The notes under the pieces were generated by a model. The model was not told the origin of the DNA and ran no database searches. It saw only the letters and a program-made list of their open reading frames with translations. Below, in pieces: positions 49,018 to 60,736 of a stretch of DNA of 64,000 bases (positions are counted from its first letter, which is position 1; each line of letters starts with the position of its first letter). Position numbers and translations under genes: made by a program. Origin of the DNA: an uncultured Chloroflexia bacterium (lineage in GTDB: Bacteria; Chloroflexota; Limnocylindria; Limnocylindrales; CSP1-4); assembly GCA_963696045.1 (NCBI GenBank), contig CAVOIR010000002.1, forward strand, positions 12,562 through 76,561. Reading direction: 5' to 3'.

Positions 49018-50796
49018 ATGAAGCCGCTGGAAGAGCCCTTCGCGTCGATCGTCGCTGGTCGTCCGGCCGAGATCGACCTGCGTGGCGTGCGCCTTCTCAG
49101 CGCGCGGCTCTTCACCAAGGACATGGCCTTCCGTCAGGACGAGCGCGAGGCCTTCGGGCTGCGCGGATTGCTGCCCGACCGGGTCCAGAGCATCGAGGAG
49201 CAGGTGCAGCTCGAATGGGAGCACGTCGGGCGCAAGGACGATGCTCTCGAGAAGTACATCGGCCTGGCGGCGCTCCAGGACCGCAACGCGACGCTCTTCT
49301 ACCGGCTCCTGGCCGACCATCTCGAAGACCTCATGCCCATCGTCTACACGCCGACGGTTGGCCAGGCCTGCCAGCAGTTCAGCCACATCATCCGGCGCAC
49401 GCGCGGCATCTGGATCACACCGGCCGACATCGACCGCATCCCGCAGATCCTGCGCAACTCCCCGTTCGCGGACGTACGGCTCATCGTCGTGACCGACAAC
49501 GAGCGCATCCTCGGCCTCGGTGACCAGGGCGCCGGGGGCATGGGCATCCCCATCGGCAAGCTGGCGCTCTACTCGGCCACGAGTGGCCTCCATCCATCGC
49601 TGACGCTTCCCGTGTCGCTCGACGTCGGCACGGACAACCGCCAGCTGCTCGGAGACCCGCTCTACATCGGCTACCGCTCGCGGCGCCTCCGAGGACCCGC
49701 CTACCAGGAGCTCGTCGAGGCCTTCGTGCGGGGCGTGAACGAGACGTGGCCCGGCTGCATCATCCAGTGGGAGGACTTCAAGGGCCCCAACGCGCTGCGC
49801 ATCCTCGACCACTTCCGCGACCGAACGCCCAGCTTCAACGACGACGTGCAGGGCACGGCTGCGGTCGCCCTGGCCGGCATCCATGGCGCGGCTCGCCTCC
49901 TCGGTCGCGAGCTCGGCGACCTGCGCTTCGTGCTGGCGGGCGCAGGCGCGGCGGGGTCGGCATCGCTCGCCTCCTGCACCTTGCGCTGGCCGAGGCCGGC
50001 GTGTCGACCGAGCACGCCCACGGCCAGATCGCGCTCCTCGACTCGCACGGGCTCGTCCACGGTGGCCGGACCGACCTCGACGAGTTCAAACGCTCGCTGG
50101 CGGTCCCGGAGGAGACGGTCGGGCGCCTGGGCCTGACGCTCGAGGGCGACGACCATCGGCGTCTCCGGGAGGTCGTGGCCGCGGTGCGGCCAGACATCCT
50201 CATCGGCACGACCGGCCAGCCGGGGTCGTTCGACGAGCCGGTCATCCGGGCCATGGCCGAGGGCACTGAGCGCCCCGTCGTCTTCGCGCTCTCGAACCCG
50301 TCGAGCCGGGTCGAGGCGACGCCCGACGACGTCCTGGCCTGGAGCGACGGGCGCGCCATCGTCGCCACGGGCAGCCCCTTTCCCGAGCGCTTCCTGGGAG
50401 GGCCGGGATCGCCTCGTGGGTCAGGCCAACAACGTCTTCATCTTCCCGGGCGTCGGCCTCGGAGCGGTGGTGGCCGAGGCGCGCACGATCACCGAGCGCA
50501 TGTTCCTGGAGGCCGCCCGCGCGCTGACCGCCCAGGTCACCGATGAGCGCCTCACGGGCGGTGCCCTGTACCCTCCGGTAGAGGCGCTGGCCGCCATCTC
50601 CCGTGAGGTGGCGATCGCTGTGGCCTCGGAGGCGACACGGTCAGGCGTGGCCGGCATCGGGCCGCACGTGGACCTGCCCGCCGCTGTCGACGAGGCTATG
50701 TGGCACCCCGCCTACGTGCCCTACATCCGTTCGCGCGCCGCGGTCCACCGCGACGAGCTCTACGCCGCCCACGAGGCCGTCGGGCTGCCGAGCTGA
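49018..50796 (+). CDS. NAD(P)-dependent malic enzyme (2 frame changes near 49940 and 50400)
   Basis: [109 protein letters not shown]. Confidence 0.9.
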
Positions 50797-50827
50797 CGCG
50801 AAGTCGTCAGCCGCTACGTGGCTACCG

Positions 50828-53800
50828 TCAGCCGCAGTCGTCCAGGTCGCGCCACTTCTCGACCCTGTCGGCGACCGGCTGTCGGCCCTCGCCCTGATGA
50901 GCCACGGTCAGCGTGCGGTTGGGGATCTCCCCGCAGCCGGCGTCCTTCTCGACCGCCTCCCAGGATCCGCGCGTGTACTTGTACTCGATGGCCGTGCCGT
51001 CCTCGAAGTCGAGGGTGATGGTCCAGGTGCCGTCGTCCTGCCGGGTCATCGGCGTGCTGCCGGGGTCCCAGCCCTGGAAGTCGCCCGCGATGTAGATGGT
51101 GTCCTCGGCCCCCGTGTTCGCCGGCACGCTCACTCGGAGCTCGACGCTGACGATGCGCTCGCTGGCGGCGACCTCGAGCGGTGCGGAGGGCGCAGAGGCG
51201 TTGAAGCCGGTGTCCTGGGCCAGCACCGTGTAGCTGTAGTCCGTGCCCGGCCACGACCGAGGTGTCGAGGAAGACCTCGACGTCGGTGGTCCCGATGGGG
51301 CTGGGCGGTGCATCGGGCCCGTCCGCCCGGAGGACAAGGTAGCGGTGCAGGTCAGGGGCCTCGACGGGTGGCCAGCGGAAGCGCACGCCCTCGCCGGAGA
51401 CGTCGAGCAGCTCGAGGGGGCCTGGCGCAGGAGGCGGCTCTACGTCCGGGCCGGGTCGGGCGACGATCCGCGCGGACCCGGGCACGGGCTGCCAGCTCCG
51501 ACCGCCGTCGGTGGAGACGCGGGCAGTCACGGCATGCTCGCCGAGCGTCTCGGGCTGCAGCGCCCCCTGGAAGACCGTCCCGGGCTCGCTGCTGGATACA
51601 GGTCCCGCGGCCGACCACGCCCAGGCCGGATCCGCGAGCGGGTCGGACCCCACGGGCCCGAGGCCGACCTCCAGGCGGACACCCTCCGCCACGCGCTTGC
51701 CAGGCGCGTCAGCCTCCACGACGGCTTCTCCCGTGACGGTGCCGTCGACCGCCGAGAGGACGACCTCCAGCCTGCTGACCGCGCGCCCATCGTCGTCAAG
51801 CAGGCCGCGCAGCTGGGCCTCGGTGAGGGTCAGCTGTGGCACCGCCTGGACCTCGTCCGAGCGGGGCGAGACATTGCCGGCGGCGTCCAGCGCCACGACG
51901 ACGTAGTGATAGAGCACCCCATCCCGGACGCCCGAGTCGACATGGGCCGTGTCTGCGGTCTCCCCGACCGCCTCGTAGCCGCCTCCGCTGAGGATCGAGC
52001 GAAGGACGCGGTAGCGCTCGGCGCCCTCGACCGCGCCCCAGGCCAGCTCGACGCGGCTCGCGCCGGCCTCGGCGGTCAGGTCGCCCGGGGCATCGGGCGG
52101 CCGGAGGTCAGCTCCCGCCGGGCTCAGGAGCACGGCGACCGAGAGCGGCTCCAACGTGACCGCGGCGATGCCGTCGGCCACGGCCACCGGGTCATGCGCG
52201 CCAAGCGCATCGGTGAGCACTACGCCGTCCGGGACACGGTCGCTGACGTCGATGGCGATCTCGCGGGATCGATCGCCCAGGTTGAGTGCCACGACCGCCG
52301 CCGCACCCTTGCTGCGACGCAGGTAGGCGAGCGTCCCGGCGGCATCATCGGCATGGAGGAAGGCCAGGTCTCCCTCGCGGAGCGCCTCGTGCTCGGCACG
52401 CAGCCGCGCCAGCGTCCGGTAGTGGTCACGGAGCTCGCAGGTCCTCGGCACCCCAGGGGTAGGGCCGGCGGTCGTCGGGGTCGTCGAAGCCGGTGAGGCC
52501 GACCTCGTCGCCGTAGTAGATCGAGGCCATGCCCGGGAAGGTCAGCTGGATGGCCGAGACGAGTCGCAGCTTCGCCTTGCCCTCGGCCAGGGCCGCGGGG
52601 TCGGACTTGGCCTGCCTCGTTGTCGGCCCCGGGCGTCAGCGTCCAGAGGATGCGGGCCGTGTCGTGGCTGTCGACCAGGTTCAGAGGGCCTGCCAAGCCG
52701 GCGGCGGGTAGTCCTCGCGCACGCCCAGCATGGCCGACGCGAAGGCGCTCGGGGTGAGCGCCTCGAGCGAGCCGTCCGGGTCCGGCGTCGCGCCGTTGAC
52801 GAGGCCGATGACCGCTCGCCGGAAGCGGTAGTTCATCGTCGAGTCGGCCTGGTCGCCGAGCAGCCACGGCGTCGAGTCGTGCCACTGCTCGGCGATGACG
52901 ATGGCGTCTTCGGGATGGCCGCCTTCGCGGCATCGCGGATGCTGGCCTGGAACTCGTGGCTCATGCTGTCGGCCACGTCGAGGCGCCAGCCGGCGGTGCC
53001 TCGCTCGATCCAGAGCGGCACGACGCCCTCCGGCGCCCACGAACACCATCGAGCACGTCGGGCAGCTCGTGCAGCTCGGGGATCGAGTCGAAGTTCGCCC
53101 ACCCGACGTAGTAGGTGTCGTCGCCGACCAGCGTCGGTCGGGGCGCAGGGCTCCGGCTGCCCGGGCCCCGGCGGCCGGAAGGTGAACCAGTCGCGATAGG
53201 GTGAGTCGGCGGACTCGCAGGCACCGAGCTCGTCGTAGCGCCCGAAGCGGTCGAACCACGGCGAGTCGGCCGAGACGTGGTTGAAGACGCCGTCGAGGAC
53301 GACGCGGATGCCACGCTCGCCGGCCTCGGCGATGAGGCGGTCGAAGTCCGCCTGCGTTCCGAGGTCCGGGTCGACGTATCGATAGTCGGACGTGTCGTAG
53401 CGGTGGTTGGAGGGCGCCGCGAAGATGGGGTTGAGGTAGAGGACCGTGACGCCCAGGTCGGCCAGGCCGTCGAGGGCGGCGGTGAGGCCGGCCAGGTCGC
53501 CGCCGAAGAAGTCGCGGTTGAGGGCCTGCTCGTCGCAGGGCACGGGCTGGTAGGCGCGGCAGTGGCCCTCGGGCAGCTCGTCCCAGGCCTTCGTGATGAT
53601 GGGCTCGCCGTGCACGTCGCCGTGGCGATAGCGCGTCCGCGCCGGACGGCCCGGGCGTGGCGTCGGGCGACGGGTCGTTCGCAGGGGTCGCCGTTGGCGA
53701 AACGGTCGGGGAAGACCTGGTAGACGACCGAGCCCGGCGCCCAGGCCGGCGTCTCGAAGCCGGGATCGTAGGCCGTGATCTGCCAGCGCTCGGTCCGGCC

Positions 53801-54314
53801 TCGCGACCGAGATCTGGCCGGTGCCGCCGTCGAGCCGGCCGGTCGTCGGCTGAGTACCGTCGTGGCCACCCCGTCGCTGGCCACGAATGGTGTAGTCGAG
53901 GATGGCGGGTTCCGGCCCGGTCTCGACGACCGCCTCCCAGTAGTCGTGGCCGAACTCGCCACCGTCCGGATCGGTCGCCACCCGCTCCATGGGCGACTAC
54001 GCGGCTCGCCAGTCAGGCGCTCGGTGAGCCGCAGCTCCGCAGCCGACAGGTCTCCGGCGGCGGCGCGCAGCCGGCAGCGGACCGGCGGTCCCGGCGGGCA
54101 CGGCGCCGGTCGGCGCCCGGTAGCGGTCGTCCCGGCTGTCGTGCTGGAGGTCCGGCTCGCGGATGGTTCCGTCGACGACCGGCCGGGCCGGTGCGAGCGC
54201 CAGGTGCGGCGGCGAGGCGGTCCGGCGACCGTGACGAGTGCGGGCGAGCCAGTGGCCAGCAGGATCGCCAGGCGGCGCCGCCGCGACGGCGAGCGACGGA
54301 CTCGCGACGGTCAC
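50828..54314 (-). CDS. Very large GH13 alpha-amylase-family enzyme (neopullulanase/amylopullulanase-like) with FN3-like modules and a C-terminal starch-binding-type module; many frame changes
   Basis: N-terminus HDSRDDRYRAPTGAVPAGT. GH13 regions: LYLNPIFAAPSNHRYDTSDY, GIRVVLDGVFNHVS, GWRLDVAD, IAEQWHD, NLVDSHDTARI. FN3-like: RVELAWGAVEGAERYRVLR...YHYVVVALDAAGNVSP. C-terminus: IYIAGDFQGWDPGSTPMTRQDDGTWTITLDFEDGTAIEYKYTRGSWEAVEKD. Confidence 0.8.
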
Positions 54315-54316
54315 CC

Positions 54317-55249
54317 TCAGCCCTTCACGCCTCCCAGCGTGAGGCCGGAGACGAGGTACTTGGAGATGTAGACGAAGAGGATGACGATCGGCACGCTGAC
54401 GATGATCGGCGGCGGCCGAGAGGTCCGCCCACTGCGTCTGGAACTGCCCCTGGAAGCGCTGGATGCCCGACCGGCCAGGTCAGCAGCGCCTCGTTCGTGC
54501 CGATGATCGACGTGGCGAAGAAGTACTCGCCCCAGGCGGCCAGGAAGTTGAAGAGGAAGACGATCGCGAGGGCCGGCAGCGACAGCGGCAGGAGGACCTT
54601 GTAGAACGCCTGGAACTCCGAGCAGCCGTCGATGCGGGCCGCCTCCTCGAGGTCGATCGGGACCGTGTCGTAGTAGCCCTTGAGGATCCAGATGCTGAAC
54701 GGGACCGCCGTCACCGCGTAGGCGATGACGAGGCCCTGGTAGGAGCCGACGAGGCCCAGCTGAACACGATGAGGATGAAGATCGGGACGAGCAGCATGAT
54801 GCCCGGGATGAGCTGGGTCGCGAACAGGAACGTCAGGCCGAAGCCGCGACCCCGGAACCTGTGGCGCGAGAAGGCGTAGGCGGACGTGGCCGACGAGCAG
54901 GACTCCGACGGCGGCCGTCCCGAGCGTCACCACCAGGCTGTTGAAGATCCAGTTGGGGAAGCTCGAGTCGAAGAGCACCTGGTGGAAGGCGTCGAGCGTG
55001 GCGCCCTCGGGGATGATGGCCAGCGACGGGCTCAAGCATGCTTGTCGCCGGGTCGCAGGGCCGTGCTGAAGACGCGGATGACCGGGAAGACGACGACGAT
55101 GACGAGGCGACGATGAGGACGAGCGTGGATGAGCGCCCGCTTGAGCGGCGAGTCCTCGCCCGGCCGGGCGCGCGTCGTGACCCGCTGCGCGAGCCCATCC
55201 CGCGCGGCTCGCGCCGGACGTCCAGCATCTCCTGGACCTGGATGCTCAT
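54317..55249 (-). CDS. Sugar ABC transporter permease (MalG-like; ~3 frame changes)
   Basis: EAARIDGCSEFQAFYKVLLPLSLPALAIVFLFNFLAAWGEYFFA (EAA loop). The true C-terminus ...LVSGLTLGGVKG-TGA (54317-54319) is in a different frame from the end of ORF 54325..55035. ATGA overlaps the malF-like stop. Confidence 0.8.
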
Positions 55250-56320
55250 TCGTAGGCTCCCTTCAGCACGTTGGTCTGGCGCACGTAGAAGATGGTGAAG
55301 ACCAGCAGGATGGCGAAGATGACGAACGCGAACGCGGCCGCGAACCCGAAGCGGCTGAACTGGAAGGCCGCGCGGTAGAGCGCCGGTCACGAGGATGTCG
55401 CTCGTCTCCAGCTCGCTGTGCGTTGATGAAGAACGGCACCAGGATGTTGTTGAAGGTCAGGAACGTGCCCAGCAGGACGGCCGGGACGAGGACCGGGCGC
55501 AGCAGCGGCAGCGTGATGGTGCGGAACGACTGCCGGCTGGTGGCGCCGTCGATGTCGGCAGCCTCGTAGTACTCGCTGCGAGATGCTCTGCAGGCCGCCG
55601 AGCGTGATGACCATCATGAACGGCACGCCCAGCCAGATGTTGGTGATGATCATGGCCGCGAAGTTCCAGAACGGGTCGGACAGCCACGGGATGGGGCCGA
55701 GACCGATGAGGCCGAGGACCTGGTTGACGGCGCCGTACTCGAAGTTGTACTCGGTGCGCCAGATCTGCAGCGACGCGACCGCCGGGATGGCCCAGGGCAG
55801 GATGAGCAGCGCGCGGTAGACGGTCCGCCCGCGCAGTCTCCGGTTGAGCATCAGCGCCAGGCCGATGCCCAGGACGACGTGGAAGAAGATGTTGACGACG
55901 GTCCAGATGAGCGTCTGGGCGAAGAGCTGGTAGAAGCGCGTCTGCTTGAGCACGGGCTCGGTGAAGACGTCGATGTAGTTCTGGAAGCCCACGAAGATGT
56001 CCTTCTCGGCGGCCAGGGGCGTGCCCTCAAGGACAGTGCCCTTCCCACGTCAGCCCCAGGAGGCCCGGCTCCACGAAGTTGCGGATGTTCATCTTCGTGA
56101 ACGAGATGTTGAGCTCGTAGAGCAGCGGATAGACGTACAGGACGAGCACGGCGACGACGGCCGGCGCCAGCAGCATCATCGGCAGGGCCAGTCGGGACCT
56201 GCGCCAGCGAACGAGGACGACGTACAGGAACGCCTCGATGAGAAGCGTCGCGACCAGGAGCACGACGAGCGTCGTGCCCACGTCGAGCAGCGCGGTCTTC
56301 GCAGCTTCGAAGTCGAACAT
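55246..56320 (-). CDS. Sugar ABC transporter permease (MalF-like; ~2 frame changes)
   Basis: ORF 56027..56320 (TM helices) plus ORF 55387..55992 ([18 protein letters not shown]...[20 protein letters not shown]). Then [25 protein letters not shown] in the adjacent frame. It ends ...VLKGAYE-stop. Confidence 0.8.
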
Positions 56321-56406
56321 CGAGCTGGCTGACCTCTCCTACGTACCCGGGGCAGCGGTCATCCGGGCCCCGGCTTGCGTCGGGGCCCGGATGATGGTGA
56401 GGTGGG

Positions 56407-57668
56407 CTATGCCGGGCCGCACTCGCCGCCCGGGGCAACGCCGGCGTCCGCTGCGGACTGCATGTCGGCCGCCGCTGGAGCCTGGTCGGCGTCAGCACTC
56501 GCTGCGTTGGCACGAACGCCGGCGTTCATGGCATCGAACACGCAGCGCATCTCGAGGTTGGTCGGTTGAGGGACACCGTTCTGCATCGCGGCAGCTGAGC
56601 CGGCCAGGAATGGGTCCTCGGTGATGCTCGGGTCGCCCAGGGCCTCGAGATTGCTGGGCAGGCGCTTCAGCGTCGCGAGCTGCTCGAGCTGCTCGTCGGT
56701 GCTGGTGGCGTACTTGATGAAGTCGATGACCGCGTCCTGCAGCGCCGGATCGTCCGCGACCGCCTTCGAGACCATGAAGAAGTTGCCGGCCACGTACGGC
56801 TTGGGGTCCTCGAAGCCCACGATCGGCGGGATGGGGCAGACACCGACCGGGAAGTCGAGCTCGGCGTACGCGCCCAGCGTCCAGTCACCGTTGATGGTCA
56901 TGGCCGCGCTGCCCGACTTGAAGAGGTCGTCGGCGATCTTGTAGTCGGCCTCGACCGGCATGACGCCGTGGACGAACTTGAGGTCGTTCATGAACTTGAG
57001 GGCGTTCGCCATGGCCTCGGTGTCCAGGGTCGGCGTGATGCCATCCTCGGCGAACACGCGGCCGCCGTAGCCACCCAGGAAGGGCACCAGCCAGAAGGAC
57101 TCGTCCTGGCGATAGACGATGCCGTACGTTGCCGGCCTCGGCATCCGTGTTGGCCTTGGCGGCCTCGATCAGGGCATCGCTGTCGGCCGGGCACTCGGGG
57201 ACGAGGTCCTTGTTGTAGTAGAGCATCAGGTGGTTGCCCACGTTGATGGGGACTCCGTACGTGCTCCCGTCGGGCGTCTGCATGGCCGCGACGCCGCCCT
57301 CGACATACAAGCTGTTGTCGATGAGGTCGTCCGTCTGCAGGAGCAGGTCGGCCGCCGTGAACGGGCCGAGATGGTCGGCCACGGTCCAGAGCAGCGCGGG
57401 TGGATTGCCGGCGAAGGACTGGTTCTGGAAGTCGATGCGCGAGGGACTCGCTGCCACCGACCTCCTTCTGGACGACCGAGATGGTGACGTCGGGGTTGGC
57501 TGCCATGTAGTCGTCGGCCAGCTTCTCGACCCACTGCAGCGAACCGTCCGCCTCGCCTTCCTTGGTCCAGATCTCGAACGAGACTCCATCCTGAGCAGCC
57601 GCCGGGACGACGGCGCCCACGACGGCGATCGCCGCAGCGATGACCGCGGCCTTGAACCTGTTGGACAT
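56407..57668 (-). CDS. Maltose/maltodextrin-type extracellular solute-binding protein (MalE-like; ~2 frame changes)
   Basis: GAGGAGGAG then ATG. Signal MSNRFKAAVIAAAIAVVGAVVPAAAQ. FEIWTKEGEADGSLQWVEKLADDYMAANP. YGVPINVGNHLMLYYNKDLV. AMTINGDWTLGAY...GNFFMVSK. Confidence 0.8.
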
Positions 57669-57694
57669 CTTGAGATGTCTCCTCCTCGCTTCGA

Positions 57695-57710
57695 CCGCCG
57701 TCGACGGCGG
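57695..57710. promoter_or_regulatory. Perfect 16-bp palindrome CCGCCGTCGACGGCGG in the malE-like 5' leader
   Basis: Self-complementary. It lies 27 nt upstream of the malE-like ATG in the divergent malE/GH57 region. It could be an operator or an RNA hairpin. Confidence 0.35.
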
Positions 57711-57883
57711 CGCGGATGATGCTCTCGGTCCAGGAGGGATGGCTCCGCGGCTCACGGCGCGGAAGGGCTTCGGGCCTCCAGGCGTCCGACTCGCGGGCAA
57801 CCTCCCCTGGCAGCGATCAGCGCGCGCGATGATACGCCGTCCATCCGGGCGCGGACCAGCGACGTCGGCGCTTCCCCGAACGG

Positions 57884-57896
57884 TGTGTCCGACACA
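57884..57896. promoter_or_regulatory. Perfect 13-bp palindrome TGTGTCCGACACA upstream of the GH57 gene
   Basis: Self-complementary around the centre C. It lies 27 nt upstream of the GH57 ATG. Confidence 0.35.
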
Positions 57897-57922
57897 TCGC
57901 CGGCCGACTAGCATGGTGCGCC

Positions 57923-60112
57923 ATGACCGACCGACGCATCTCGCTCACGCTGGTTCTGCACAACCACCAGCCGGTGGGCAACTTCGGCTTCGTCTTCGAG
58001 GACAACTACCGGGCCGCCTACGAGCCCATGCTGGCCGCCCTCCGGCGCCACCCCGGCGTCCGCCTGGGTCTTCACTACACCGGCCCGCTCCTCGACTGGT
58101 TCAAGGCGCAGAAGCCCGAGTTCCTCGATGGGCTCCGGGCTCTCGTCGATCGCGGCCAGGTGGAGATCCTCGGCGGCGGCTACTACGAGCCTGTCCTGGC
58201 GTCGCTGCGCGAGGTCGACCGGGTCGGCCAGCTGACCCGCATGGCGGACGAGGTCGAGTCGCTCTTCGGCCGCCGTCCGAACGGGGCATGGCTGGCCGAG
58301 CGGGTCTGGGAGCCCGACGTGCCCACCTCGCTGGTCAAGGCCGGCTATGCCTACACCATCGTCGACGATGCCCACTTCCGGGCGGCTGCCATCCCCGCCG
58401 AGCGCCACTGGGGCAGCTACTCGACCGACGACCAGGGCCATCGCGTCATCGTCTTCGGCTCCGAGCAGGGCCTGCGCTACCGCATCCCCTTCCGGCCCGT
58501 GAAGGAGGTCATCTCCTATCTCCGCGAGCACGCCACCGTGGATGGCGAGCTGGTCGGCATGATGGGCGACGACGGCGAGAAGTTCGGCACCTGGCCGGGC
58601 ACCTGGGAGCTCTGCTACGGCAAGGGCGGCTGGGTGGAGCGCTTCTTCACGGCCCTCGAGGAGAATGCAGGCTGGTTGCGCATGCTCCAGCCGTCCGAGG
58701 CGCTGCGCGAGCACCCACCCATCGGCCGCGTCTACCTGCCCACCGGGTCCTACGCCGAGATGGGCGAGTGGTCGCTGCCGGTGGAGGCTCGTCGGGAGTT
58801 CACGCAGCTGCTCCACGATGCGGTCGAAGCCGGGAAGCCCGAGGCCCGCTGGATGCGGGGCGGCTTCTGGCGCAGCTTCCAGATCAACTACCGCGAGATC
58901 AACGACCTCCACAAGCAGATGCTGCGGGTCTCACGGAAGGTCGATGCGCTGCGCGATGAGGCTGCGCGCGCGCGGACCGGTCCAGCGCAGCCCTGGCCCG
59001 CATGACCGACCACCTCTACCAGGGCCAGTCGAACGACTGCTACTGGCACGGCCTCTTCGGCGGCATCTACCTCTCGCACATGCGCCTGGCCACCCTCGAG
59101 CACCTCATCGCGGCGGAGGATGCGGCCGACCGGGCAGCCGGGGCGACCGAGCTTCGCATCGAGACGGCCGATCTCGGACATCGACGGCTACGACGAACTC
59201 CTGGTGACCGCACCCGGCCAGGTCGTGACCGTCAAGCCGAACGAGGGCGGCGGCATCGGCAGCTGGGACATCCGGGCCGTGCGCCACGCCCTCACGTCGG
59301 TGATGCGTCGACGCCCCGAGGCCTACCACGACATGCTCGTCGCGGCCGACACCGGCGAGGTCGAGCAGCAGGAGGCCGGCGAGGGCGCCGTGTCCATCCA
59401 CGACCTCATCAAGGTCAACGAGCCGGGCATCTCGAAGCGCCTCTGGTACGACGCCTACGAGCGTCGCTCGGGGCTCATCCACATCCTGCCGGTGGGCACG
59501 ACTCCGGAGGACTTCGAGCAGGCCGACTTCCGCGAGTCGGGCGATTTCGTGAGCGGGGCGTTCAGCGTGCGCGAGGCAGCTGCGTCGCGGGTCGTCCTCG
59601 AGCGCGACGGCTGGCTATCCACGGCCGATGGCACGCGAAGCCCGCTTCGCGTGCGCAAGACGCTGGTCTTCGGCACCGATCGCCGGGTGCCCACGCTCGA
59701 CCTCGAGGTCGAGGTCACCAACACGGGCGAGCGGCCGGTCGAGGCCCTCCTCGGCATCGAGTGGGCGCTGAACATGCTGGGAGGCGGCGGGAATCCGTCG
59801 GCCTGGTACGCCGTGGGCGGCGATCGCGCGCGCTTCGACGCCGCGCGAGTGGCGCCCGTGGCGCATCACGTCAGCATGGGCAACACCTACATCGGCATCG
59901 AACTGGAATCGCGGCCGCAGCCCGCGGCGGCGGCATGGTGGTCGTCGATCGAGACGATCTCGGTGTCCGAGAGCGGCTTCGAGGGCAACCACCAGGGCGG
60001 CTGCCTCCTCTGGGTCTGGCCGCTCGACCTGGCGCCCGGCGCGTCGATGTCGGTCAGCCTCGCCAATCTCGTCCGCACCTTCGCCGACCGCGCCGAGGAC
60101 GAGGGGTTGTAG
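57923..60112 (+). CDS. GH57-family glycoside hydrolase (alpha-amylase/4-alpha-glucanotransferase-like; 2 frame changes near 58975 and 59170)
   Basis: ISLTLVLHNHQPVGNF, LGLHYTGPLLDW, EILGGGYYEPVLA, AWLAERVWEP, MMGDDGEKFG. It continues as YQGQSNDCYWHGLFGGIYLSHMR and a C-terminal beta domain. Confidence 0.85.
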
Positions 60113-60191
60113 CCCGACCAGCCAGGCAGACCGGCTCACTCCGCTCCCACGTACGCTGGTGACGATATGATTATTGCGATATCATTGCGTC

Positions 60192-60392
60192 ATGGTTGAC
60201 CACAGCACGCTTGACGTCGTCGGGACCAAGGAGGCCGCCGAGATCACTCGGAGTGCGGCCAACGAACTTCGTGCGTGACTGGTCAAGGCGACCGGACTTT
60301 CCGGAGCCCATCGTCTCACTCGGCCGGCGGCGGCTCTGGGATCGGCGGGCCGTGGGCGCATATCGCCGGAACCTCCATGCGAAGCGCGCTGA
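60192..60392 (+). CDS. Small helix-turn-helix DNA-binding protein (frame change near 60245; stop uncertain, may be fused to the MNT gene)
   Basis: ATG 60192 gives MVDHSTLDVVGTKEAAEI. The adjacent frame gives LGVRPTNFVRDWSRRPDFPEPIVSLGRRRLWDRRAVGAYRR, the AlpA/MerR-like pattern (LGV...FP.P...G...W). As given, this frame runs on into the MNT gene. A TGA at 60390 lies in another frame. Confidence 0.5.
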
Positions 60393-60396
60393 TGCG

Positions 60397-60736
60397 ATGC
60401 GAAGGCTGGTGCTCAGCGACGAAGCATCGCGTTGGCTGCCGGTCATCAAGCGACGGATCGTGCGTGGCTTTCATCCCCGGCGCATCGTGCTGTTCGGGTC
60501 GCAGGCGCGTGGGTCCGCAGGGCCGGGAAGCGACATCGATCTGATGGTCGTCGTTGATGAGACCGAGGGTCGACGCCGTCTGGAGGCTCAGATCTACGCT
60601 GCACTCGCGGGCATCCCCGTCGGGACGGACATCATCGTCGTCACGGCTGATGACGTCGACCGCTACCGCGGCGTGGCCGGCACGATCGCTCGGTCCTGCG
60701 CTGGAGGATGGCAGGCTGCTCTATGCCTCGGCCTGA
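60397..60736 (+). CDS. Minimal nucleotidyltransferase (MNT/MntA-like antitoxin; frame change near 60690)
   Basis: RIVLFGSQARGSAGPGSDIDLMVVVDE (GSxxRG...SDxDL motif). The C-terminus ALEDGRLLYASA-stop is in ORF 60554..60736. Confidence 0.8.

Noticed and set aside
57908-58912. 334-aa minus-strand ORF
   Set aside because: It is antisense to the GH57 gene, which has clear family motifs. It is a shadow ORF.
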